Shown here: positions 23,068-34,468 of the stretch, one piece after another
Layout: each line of letters begins with the position of its first letter
Numbering within the stretch: the first letter of the stretch is position 1
NCBI GenBank assembly: GCA_965202585.1
Contig: OZ241827.1
Span: 15,314,001 to 15,378,000 of the forward strand
Origin: Thalia democratica
Lineage: Eukaryota
DNA length: 64,000 nt
Reading direction: 5' to 3'
Notes under the pieces: model-generated
Seen by the model: the letters and a program-made list of their open reading frames with translations, nothing else
Database searches by the model: none
What the model was told of the DNA's origin: nothing
Made by a program: the position numbers and the translations under genes

Positions 23068-23807
23068 TGTGCTATACCAAGAGTTAGGTGTGGCCCACTA
23101 GTTTATTTTAAAATTAATTAAATTTGATTTGTAAATTTCAGAGATTATTAAGAGCACCAAGAGCAGCTTGCTACTTAATTAATTATCAACAACAAAGCTT
23201 ATTTATTCAATTTTATGTAAAACCAAATTACAGATAATTTCAATATAATTAACTATTAACACCAAAGTTTATTTATTTAAATTTATGCAAAACCAAATTA
23301 CAGATAATTTCAATATAATTAAGTATTAACACAAAAGTTTATTTATTTAAATTTATGCAAAACCAAAAGTACAATTAACTTCAATTTAATTTTATCAACA
23401 GCAGAGTTTATTTATTCAAATTTATGCAAACCAAAAGTACAATTAACTTCAATTTAATTTTATCAACAGCAGAGTTTATTTATTCAAATTTATGCAAACC
23501 AAAAGTACAATTAACTTCAATTTAATTTTATCAACAGCAGAGTTTATTTATTCAAATTTATGCAAACCACAGTAAAATTGACTTCAATTTAACTTATTTA
23601 GAAATTTCAATTTAAGAGACAGAACTAAAAAATAAGAGATTAATAACAATACTCACAATTTAGCACATAGGAAGTTCAGCTTGAGCTGCCACAAATCTAA
23701 TAATTCAATCTAAGGCGGCAATTTAGAAAGTTAACAAATTAATAAAAAAAACCCTAATTAGAGAAAACTCTTTTGCTGAATTTTGGTTTATAGCCAGAGG
23801 CGTTACA
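22859..23807 (-). repeat. 5' LTR (949 bp)
   Basis: Starts TGTAACGCC at 23807 and ends ...GAAAGATA at 22859. AATAAA at 23107-23102. ~69-bp minisatellite in U3. Confidence 0.93.
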
Positions 23808-26410
23808 CCATAAAATAAAGTCATAATTAATATTCAACAACTGTTGACTATGTTTAATTTAAAATATTACAATGTTTTTAATATATAAACTATCTTTGAA
23901 ATATAACTTTAGTATTTGAAAAAAAATTATGATTAACCAACACTTGTTATAATGTTATAGCTTTTACACTGACACCTATATTCGTAGTTAGTTAATAAAT
24001 TTAAAGTAGCTTGGAGGAATTGAGTTTATAATTAATGTTAAATTTTTATATTACAGATTTAAATTTGTTTTAAATAAACATCACTAGTCTAGTTGATTCT
24101 AAATTATTATACAGCTTGAAATTACTGTTTAGTATATAGTATTTAAATTAAATAAAACACATATGTAACTGTTTAACATAATTCAAATTTTATTATTTAT
24201 AGATTTTTTTAAATTTTAAAATGGCTTTAAGCATTGAAATGCTATTTGATGCTGTTTCTTGTGAGAATGTGGTGAATTTCGAGTTATAAAAAACTTTACT
24301 ACCACAAAAACGAGAACGGCTAAAGCTATATAATTTTTAAATTTAATTTAAAGTAGAAATGAGTAACTGTATTAATTATTAATTAGGTTAAAAAAAAACG
24401 CTTTAAAATTTTTAGTATAAAGAAATATTTAAACTTAATTGATCGCTGGTTGTTTGATAATATATTAGGTCATGAAATTGTAAAGTTTTGAAGGTTTTAT
24501 AGTTTCACTTCAAAAGAACTTTTAAATAGAACGAAAAGTTTGAGTCGCTTATTGACATAAATACATTTAGTTTATTCCAAAATATAAATTACTCAATAAT
24601 ATTTACAAAAACAATTAATTAACTTTATATATTTCAAATGTTTATTAGTTATTTTTGTATATTTAATATTAGATAATTACTTTTTTAAATAGTTTATGAG
24701 TTGGGGAGTGTTATTTTTAATTTAAAACTAAAAGTATAAAACTTTATCGACAATATGTTATATAAATGCATACATATTTTTATTTTAAATTAGTAGCAGA
24801 AAAAATGTTTAAAATTTCAAAGAATAAATATCATACAAAACTTTATGAAACATTATGTTCTAACGAAGTATTTTTAGACTTATTTCTATATTATACCAGC
24901 TAAAATGAATTAATTTCTGTTAAATACAACAAATTTTAATTTTGTATAAAAATGTATGCGTTAAACCAAAAAATCTAAAATGTTTTATAAAAGTTTTATA
25001 AATTTATTAAGCTGATATTTACTTATTCAGTTTTGAAACTACGAAAAGTTTAAGTTTTTATTTTTACGTTAAGTTTGTTATAAAGTTTTTAAAATAAGTT
25101 TTACAGCCCCTTTTTTTTATTTATATACGTTAAGATATCTATTCTAAAAACATTGTTGAAGTATTAAAAAAAGTAGTAATGTAGTAAAAACAAAACTTTA
25201 CAACCTTTACAGTCAATAAGTAATTTTTACAACTACACTATGTGGCATAAAATATTTTCATAATATTTTATTTTTAATGCGTAAGTTTTAGCATACTTTT
25301 ATAAATTTATTTTAGCAGTTTACAAAGTGTTTTAAAGAAATACTTAATTATTTTTTATAAATAAGTATTTTTTAAATGTGTTATAAAAGTAAATACAAAA
25401 AGTTTGTAAGTTTTCTTAAACTTTACCGAAGCTTATTCTTAGATTGCATATATACAAAAAAACAAACTACTAGACTAAAATACTTTGGAATATTGCTTAA
25501 AAAAGTTTAAAAGTTAAAAAGTTGTACTGTAGTACACATATTTTTATGAAGTTCTAAAATCAAACCCGTTTAATATGAAAATAATTGGTTCGAAAATAAA
25601 AATTAAACCTATAGAACTGAATTATTTTTATCACCAGCTTAGAATTTTAGCTTTTAATTTTTTTATGTTTGTTTATGTCAAATAAACAAACTTTTGTCTA
25701 ATAAGTATTTGATAATAAAATGTTTACTCATCAACAAACATAATTACCAAAACTAGTTAATTTATAATAAGAAACAATTTTAATTTTTAATTTTGGATTT
25801 AAGTAGTTAAATTTTAATCTTTGAATAAACAGCTTTTTTACTTACTATTAAAAACAAGTTTTGTTTAAAAATAACATTTATAATAAAAACAAACTTGTTC
25901 TAACAAGATTAACGTTTAATAATTGTTTTAAGCATGGTTTTAAATTAACAGTTTATTTGTTTGTTTTAAGTTGAATAAAAATTTGAAAGCTTAAAAAATA
26001 CTTGCTTGCTATCATTAAGTTCTATTTTTGGTTGTTTTAGTATTTTAGTAAATTTTGAAAAACATTAAACTAATGAAATCTTTATTTTATTTAAGTAAAA
26101 GTTTTTAACAGTGTTATACTGTACAACCAATTAACATTGTGACTTCTAAAAATATATCATTGTTAGAAACAAACGTAAAACCAAATGTTATCTAATAAAA
26201 ACTTAATATACATTGACAAGTAATAATTATTAAAAAACTGTTATTAAATAAGTTCACAAACAAAACATTAAATATTAGAGAATTAGAAGAATTCAATCTA
26301 ATCTAAGAACTATATTGATTATTTTAACAATAGAACCTGTTTAATGTACATCTTGAAAAAACAAACCTTAAAAAACTTAAACATGAAAGTCAGAAAAAAT
26401 ACAAACAGAA

Positions 26411-26623
26411 TCAAATATCTATAGTGAACTTATTTCCATTCCAGTTTACTTGTCCACAATTGTGGTCCCTCTCCCTAGAATCAGCGTACTCTTTACTTGA
26501 TATGTTCATGTCGTTGTAGTACTCACCTATTCCTCTGTAGTCTTTATGAAACTTCTCGTTTTTGGTGTAGTCGTCTTTTTGCGACAAATCACAGTTTATC
26601 CACTTTTGCAAGCCGTTTGACAT
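26411..26623 (-). CDS. 70-aa orphan microprotein, copy A
   Basis: ATG-to-TGA ORF, GC-richer than its flanks, intact in all three units, with an upstream TATA box. Confidence 0.7.
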   Translation of the reverse strand: MSNGLQKWINCDLSQKDDYTKNEKFHKDYRGIGEYYNDMNISSKEYADSRERDHNCGQVNWNGNKFTIDI

Positions 26624-26674
26624 GCTTGTACAATTGATGTGTGAAAATATGCCAAGTTTACTTTTCGTTTTTGG

Positions 26675-26682
26675 CTTTTATA
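26675..26682 (-). promoter_or_regulatory. TATA box TATAAAAG of microprotein gene A
   Basis: Consensus TATA about 31 nt upstream of a CA initiator-like site. Conserved in B and C. Confidence 0.6.
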
Positions 26683-29600
26683 CCTTTTATCATGAAATTT
26701 TTCCTGCTAATATTAAACAATAACATGTTTTTTATTCAAAACTGAAATCAATACCAATTATGCTCAATGAGCACTTCTTATAAAAAATTGTTTGTATTTT
26801 TTAGTTAAAAGGAAGTTTAACCTGTTGATCAAAGAAACTTGAGCCTATATGAACTTTGTGAAACCTTACTTATTGTTTTTTATGCTTAGTTTTGTGACTT
26901 TTGTACAAATGTATGCAAAGTATATTTTTCAATATATTTTTTATATATATATTGTTGATATATGTTTTTTTGTTCTTGTTTTTTGTATTTACAGTAATAT
27001 GTGAGGTAATTGCAATTGAAAAAAACAAGTTCATTCATAAAGTTCAAACAAGGTTTGACGCTTTGATCATATAAAAACTTAAAATTTAGACCCTTTTTTT
27101 AAATAAATTGTTTTTTTTTGATTTTAAATTTTTTGCCGTTACGTTTTTTTGTTATCAATAAAAAAAATTAATAGTTGTAAAAATGTGTTAACAATTTTTT
27201 GTTTAACTTGATGATTAAACCAACTTGTTGTCATATGAACTTTGTAAAACACAGAAAATTCTTTTTGATGTAGTTTTGTTTTCGTGTTTGATGTTTAAAA
27301 GGTTCAAAGTTTTGTTTCAGTCATTGATTTATACTTGTTTGAAATGTTTTCCTATTAATAATAATATGTTTGTTAATTAAAATTACAAAAGTACCTATAG
27401 TCGTATAAACCTTGGTTGTATTACAAACTAAAACCTTGTTTTGATATAATTTTTTGTGGCTAATATGTAAGAAAATGCAATGTTATTTTTTTTTTTATAC
27501 TTTTATGTTGTCATTTTTTAGTTGTTGAAGTTATATGTTAAGAAATGTTTTTGTTGTTGTGATACTTAAATGTTTTTAATATTAGGTTCAAAGAAAGTAA
27601 GATCTGATGGTCAAAGCAGCTTGTTGTCGAATGAACTTTGTATAACATGAGTAGTTGTTTTGTTTTCTTACAAATTGCTAAATGTGTTTTCTTTTTATAT
27701 CCTGTTTTGCAACTTATTGTTTATAATTGTTGTTATATAATACTATTTATTCAAAAGTACATTTCAAACATTGAATGAGTTCTCAAACATAAACTTGCTT
27801 TAAAATAACTTTTGATGTAGGATAATGTTTGAATAAAATTACAATAACCAATAAAAACTTATTTTTTGTTGTAAAGTTTAAACGTAAGATCAAAGTCACA
27901 AATTTTTGACTTCTTTTATCCACTAAATGATACTTTTCTAAAAATATAAAAAAAACTTTTATACAAATCATTGAATTAAATAATTTGTTACTTTTATCTT
28001 CTGTGAAGTTTACGAAAAAAATATTATTTTCTTTTGTAAAAAACTATTTAAGTAAATAAAAAGATTGGTAAATTTAAATTAGTAAACATCATAAGCGAAA
28101 TTTTTGGAATGTTTTTATTTTAATCAAATTATTTTTTTATAAAACTTTTACTAGGTAGAATAATACATCAGAACTTTATTCTGTTTTGTTGTTAGTTTTT
28201 GTTCTTAGTAAATTTTCTATTATAAACTAAAACAACTACTTTGAACTCACTAAAAGATATTTTATTGCTGCTTGAAATTCAACATAAATAAAGCTAATGA
28301 TAAGCATACTTTAAACATCTTAATTACAATTTTCTCGTGTTTTTCTATAAAAACTAATAAAAAATCTCATGTAAAACTAACTAACAATTTCATTGATTTA
28401 AAATTCATTTAACATTAAAAGTAATCAATTTTTTTTTTCAGCAAACTGATATTTAAACAGACATATGTATAAATATTCAATAATTTCGTAACTTCAATTT
28501 GAGTTCTATTTTGTGTTCAAATTGCGAATCTATCGGTAAGTAAAATAATAAAAAACATGTCAGTTTTGAACGAAATTTGAGTCAAAATGTGCACATAAAA
28601 ATAAATAAATGTAACATTGTTTGTTATAATAAAAACTATTTTTTCGAAAGTAAAGAGATAATAGTTTGTAAAAAAGTTTGTTTTGTTTATATTATAAATA
28701 CTTACGTTTATATGCACTTTTAAAAGCTATTCCCGTGTTAAGCAATAAACAGTTATATAACGTTTGGTTTAACATAATTCGTAAGTTTTTAGAAATATTA
28801 AAATATTAAACACGTAACAAAAGTTTTTTTATTTCAAAACGGTGCTGATTTAAAAAACCATTTATGTAATAAATGACTAATGCTGTTTACAATATCAGGT
28901 TGTTTTAAATATGGTACAATAAATTACTATTTGATGTTTTATACTTGTTTAAACAGCCTTATACAATTATATAAGAGTCAAAACTAACCATTTAAAGTAC
29001 TTCGTTAATTAAATTTGTTAACTGTACTGAAAAAAATAAAGCTATTTGTTTCACCATCTAAAATTATTAAATTATGAGAAATGAATATAAAAGACTAAAA
29101 AAGATAGTTTAAGAAACTGTTCTAATAACTTCAAATAAAATATTTATAACAGCTTTTGATTGTTTTACTTGATTTACTTTTTCGAGAAATTAAAACAACC
29201 CAAAGCGTCTAAAGTTCAAAACTCTGGTTTGGTTACATGTTGCTCTTCTGTTTACAATTAAATACTTGGTAGTTATTTAAACCCTCAGCAATAACTATTT
29301 ACTTCATTTTAATTTAAGAATGTAAATTAATTTATAGTCTTTTGTAGGTTCACTATTAAATTTATTAGATACTTGTACTTTCAATTGCAAACTAGACAGA
29401 CATAAAAAACACTTGTTTTAATTACTTTTTATTTATAAAGCTACACTGTTTGTATAATTTGTGGTTGTAGTTACTTCCAACAACACATCCTAATTTTAAG
29501 AATATAAAAATCATCTCTAATAATTTTAAAATAAATTCATAGCCAAACGCATAATCATAGTAATTTATAAACTCATGTTTTTAAAATTTAGTCAGTACAG

Positions 29601-30491
29601 CAAACTAAAATATAGATTTTCTGCTGTCCGAATTTAAAGACTTGTTTAAGTAAATGCAAAATCAAACAACTAATAAAACAAAGATATGTTTGCATATGTC
29701 ACAAGAAACGTTTACAGCAACACTTTAAAAAAACTATTTATAAGTAGTAAATCAAATTACAAATAAATGCGCTTCATACATCATTAAACAATAACAAGAA
29801 AAATAGTATACATAGATCAACTTGGATGATAAATTTGTCAAATAGTTTTTTATAAAATAACTTTTGGAACAAAAAACTCAAAACACAACAATAACTGTTA
29901 CAAATGACGCTGGCAAAATACTTTATAAAAAAATGTTTTATTTGCAATAGTCATTAGAAAAATATAAATTGCCTACTCACTCAGTTGGCTATAAAAATAA
30001 ACGTCCACTAACTTTTAATTAAAGCATTGCAGCTGTATGCAATAAAAAAACACAACAAGTTATAAGTTGAGGTGTAGTAAATTTTATCTAAGGTAATTAA
30101 CTTGCATAAACCACATAAACAAAAAAACTTGGTTGCATGAACCAATGAAAAAAATAATGCCTGCTATATCAATTGACTATAAATTGAACTGCAAACATCA
30201 AAGTTAATGCTTTAACTAAAATCTCAAAAAAATTGCAGATGAAACTGATTTTAGTAAAAATTTCTGAAAATGTCACAAAAAATAAATTATTGGAATAATT
30301 ACTTTCCTAACGGGACCCAAGCCCAATGCACAGATAATATAAAAAATAAAAAGCCTACGTAGGCAATTGATTGCAAAGTGCACTGCGAAGTATCAAAATT
30401 GTACAAAACCTCATACAAGTTGCAGGCGCAGATGATTGTAGTAAATACTTCCTGATTAATTCAGCACCAAAAAATTACATGATTGAAACAT

Positions 30492-33267
30492 TCACTTTCC
30501 AAGCGGAACTCCGGCACCAATGTTGACCATCACCACGTACCTGATCTTGATCTTGCCCACTTCGTAGATGGCGTACTCGTCGAAGTTTACCAGGTAGTTG
30601 TCAACTTTGTTCATGTCCTTCATGGGACCGACTTCCATGTCTATGCCGTCCAATTTGACGCACCTACCCTAGTTTTGGTACCTGACAAATGTGTGAATGT
30701 CATTTAGTATTTTTATTTAATTAATTTAAGTTTACCTATAAAAACTCTGGGTTTTACTTAAAAAATAAAGACTAAATGTGCTAAAAATTAACAGTTATTA
30801 ATTAAAAGTTTATGATATTAAGCTACAAACTAGAGTTTTGTTACCTCTCACTGTTATTATGGATGTAATCATAACTTTAAAGTTCCTTACATTATTTAGT
30901 CTTACAATTTGTAGACTTAAATGACTTTAAAACGTAAAACAATGTTTCTCTTAAATATTGAAGTAAAATTTTTTGCACCTGCCAACAGTGTGAACGATTT
31001 TACTTTGGGGGGTTTTTCTCTCCGGCCAATACCATCTTTCCTGGACCATCTTGACATCAGTGTTACTTACATCAACTTCGCACAAGAGCAGGATACCCGG
31101 CCACATCTATCATAAATAACTAAAGAGTTATACTCGGCTCAAATAAATTTCAAAGGCTATATACTAAAAATAAACTCACAAATTCTATGTTGTTTAAGCT
31201 TTTCGTACCAATGATATACAACAAAAAGAACACAGGAGCAAATTACCTTTTTTTTATACAGAGCTAAAATTATTTAAATTATTTCGTTAGTAATGACACT
31301 TTAATGATTTTTTAATTGACATACAATATCTTAGCAATGCAAGTAAATTAAGTAGATGAGCTAATTAGATTTCAAGATTAAATAAAACCACCTTTTCTAT
31401 GGCACTACCTAGTGCCGCGTTGCAGTACTTGGACGCCTTCGAAGCGCAAGGTGTGAAGTATACAGCTTGTCCGTGAAGCTGCCCCCTAGTGGTCGGAATG
31501 CTGAACCCTCTGCGGAGTATGCCCGGCACGCAAGTCGAGTTGGTACCGTGCCAAAGAAGAAGAGGTTTCGGGTCTGGTGCTAATTTCAGGTTTGGAACAA
31601 CATTCTTATCATGAAAAGAAAGATTTTGATCAAAATTTTTAGATGAATTACGATCTTCAAGCAGAGATTTTGGAGCTGTATCCTGATTTGCAGCTGGAAC
31701 TGATTTCCATGCGGAGGCTGGTTTCTGAACAGCGGATTTTTTCTGTTGCAGTGCCAGTTTCTCAACTGAAGCTGACTTAAGACTTACAGCCGGGTTTCGA
31801 GCTGGATCTGGTTTCTGATCTTGAGCTAGATCCTGATCATCAAAAGAGAACACCTTGTCCACATTCAATTCAAACTTATGGTTTGGTGCGTGTGTAGTCC
31901 ACACTGCAGTTTCGATTATCTTGAACACTTCAGTTCCCTCTTCAATATGACGCAAGCGTGATGGGAAATCGTTGTTGACACCTTCTATAAAATCCAGACG
32001 GTTCAACTCGCTACTGAGCTTTATGTAGTTGTTTATGGGAATGGTGTATTTATTGAACGTCCAGCAGGGTATTAGAGTGTAAAATGCGGAACTCAAGCGT
32101 GGTAACTTGCTTTTTCGGATATCCCTCAAACACTTCATTACGTCAAAAAGAGTTTTTCTGGCCTCGTTAACCTGCTCGATAGGCATTCCAGACCACAAAC
32201 GCCTGAACTCCGCGGGGGCTGAACTGAAGCTTTTCGATCAGTTTCCGCTGCACAATTTTAATAACTCTTTGACCTGAGAACTCATTTGAGTCGAAGTCAA
32301 AGTATTTTGAATGGCGAGCATTGAATGCCAACGAGTGGCTGTAAAAGCGATTTACTCCACTCGTAAATCTCTGCCAACCGTGTTTTAGTCCCTCATTTGG
32401 CCAGTCTACGTTCACAGCCAGCTTAAACTTTTTCTCGAAATGCTCTATGGCAGCATTGATGGTGCTGTACTTACACACGGTGACTTCTGTGGTCGTGTGC
32501 TGGCTTCTGTGGTAGACAAAGAAACTACAGGATTTACAAGGTTAGTGGTACAGATGACCTAGCAAACAAATCTTCTTGGCAAGCAGCTGCAATACGATCA
32601 TTTCATTCTCGTCAAGAAAATGTGCTGAGGAAAATGTCGTTATGGTCAGACAGACGCTCATACTGACACCATCCACACTCAATACGACCAGATCTTTGTT
32701 GGAATTCCAAACCTTGTCGTTGCTCAAACTTAATATTCTATTTTGGTGGGTCTGATTCAGTTTTAGAGAGGTTTGATTTAAAATTCTGTTTTGGTTATCT
32801 TGACTTACATTTCTCCGTGAGTTAGATTGTGATTTGTCTCTCCATAAATCGGTTTCTCTCACACTTTTTGACTTGTATTGAATCCCTCTCCTCCATAAAT
32901 CGGTTTTTGAGTTGTATCGACTCCCTCTTGTCCATGGATCGGTTTCAATCACACTTTTTGAGTTGTATTGATTTCCTCTTCTCCATGAATAAGTTTGACT
33001 CTGATTACTGTTTGAATTTTTCTTATTGAATCTCCTCCAGACACTGGTCTGATTTCCACTTCTATTTCGGATTGTTTGACCCCAACTTCTAAGTTGACTA
33101 GGAGAATCAGCTTCTTTCAATCCTTGGGTGTGTTGAGTTGAACTTCTGCAAGGACTACTTTGATTTCCACTTCTACTTGGGCTTGGAGATTTAGATTTAA
33201 TTAAACCTGGATTCGTTTTAGTCTGATTTCTTTTTTCTAAACACACCTCAATGTTTTTACCACTCAT
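30492..33267 (-). pseudogene. PARP2/3-like ADP-ribosyltransferase pseudogene, copy A (exons 33267-31392, 31106-30979, 30681-30492)
   Basis: LSSAFYTLIP helical domain, LLWHGTN, AVYF, ILLLCEV and FDEYAIY motifs. Lesions: TAA at ~32542, +1 insertion at ~32285, TGA at 32238-32240, TAG at 30669-30671. Confidence 0.9.
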
Positions 33268-34196
33268 GACTGCCACTTGCAGTTGAAAACGTTTTGGTTT
33301 TTTTTTTATTGAGCTGCATAAAAAGTTTTTTAATTATAATACTAGCGGTTGTGTACACTAAAAAGAGTTAAAACATTGTTTTATAATATGTTATGTCGTA
33401 AGTTATATTTTTTTTACAAAGTCACTACCAGTGTTGCTAGTCTTTGAATCAAAATATATAAAAAAACTGGCTTGAATTTTCAGAAACACTTTTTAAACCT
33501 TTTTAGCTATTTCTTATCAGACATGGAAGCAATATTTGATGGAAGGAGTATTTAAGCTAAATTCTACTCAAAATTTTATGTAAAATATAGCTTATTTTAG
33601 ATAAATCATAGCTAAGGCATTTTACTTCAGAAACTAGATAGCTTTTACAAAAAAAAAAATCTCTATTGAATTCAAACTTAGGTTAAACATTGTGATCAAA
33701 GGTAAAGGATTAGGTAGAATATAGTGTGTTTTTTACATTAAAATAAATTCTACTATTAATAAATTCATATGTGTGACCTAATGGTGTACGGCAAAACTTC
33801 CAACGTTTTTGAATATGTAAGTTATTTACTTGTGACCACTAGCTTGTTAAAGTCTCGTTACTATCTGGTTACTGTTAGGGTCCTAATGAGAGCTTAATAA
33901 CTTAATAACTTTTGTTTTACAATTTAACAAACAAAACATTAACAGTCAGGAATTTAGAAAAAATGCCATTGTAATCAAATATCCAAATTGAACACACTTA
34001 GTAAGTTATAAAACATGTTATATTAAACATAAAATAACAAGGAAATTAGAAACATATGCTTTTGTAACCAAATATTTATATTAAACTAATTTTTTAAAAA
34101 CTAACTGAAGTTTTACAGTACAACTTCTTTAATGTACATCTTGATAAAATAAACTTTACAAAGTTAAAAAAGAAGGCAGAAAATTTACAAACACAA

Positions 34197-34409
34197 TCAA
34201 ATATCCATAGTGAACTTATTTCCATTCCAGTTTACTTGTCCACAACTGTGGTCCCTCTCCCTAGAATCAGCGTACTCTTTACTTGATGTGTTCATGTCGT
34301 TGTAGTACTCACCTATCTCTCTGTAGTCTTTATGAAACTTCTCGTTTTTGGTGTAGTCGTCATTTTGCGACAAATCACAGTTTATCCACTTCTGCAAGCC
34401 GTTTGACAT
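34197..34409 (-). CDS. 70-aa orphan microprotein, copy B
   Basis: Same features as copy A. Intact. Confidence 0.7.
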   Translation of the reverse strand: MSNGLQKWINCDLSQNDDYTKNEKFHKDYREIGEYYNDMNTSSKEYADSRERDHSCGQVNWNGNKFTMDI

Positions 34410-34460
34410 GCTTGTACAATTGATGTGTGAAAATATGCGAAGTTTACTTTTCGTTCTTTG

Positions 34461-34468
34461 CTTTTATA
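34461..34468 (-). promoter_or_regulatory. TATA box of microprotein gene B
   Basis: cttttata on the plus strand, same spacing as in A. Confidence 0.6.

Larger units (their letters stand above)
17655..23807 (-). mobile_element. Non-autonomous Ty3/Gypsy LTR retrotransposon, CsRn1-like
   Basis: Paired LTRs starting TGTAAC, tRNA-Trp-like PBS, PPT, Gag with C-x2-H-x9-C-x4-C, and protease LVDSGSEIS. RT, RNaseH and integrase are absent. No TSD (gcac vs ccat). Confidence 0.92.

Noticed and set aside
26411-26623. Beta/gamma-crystallin similarity (NDxxISS, NWxG)
   Set aside because: Spacing and hydrophobic pattern do not fit the Greek-key motif.
26411-26630. Microprotein as an alternative last exon of the PARP (the aag|C ATG phase would fit exon 2)
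   Set aside because: The AAG acceptor is atypical here (the confident acceptors are CAG or TAG), and a conserved TATA box supports an independent gene. Not fully excluded without cDNA.
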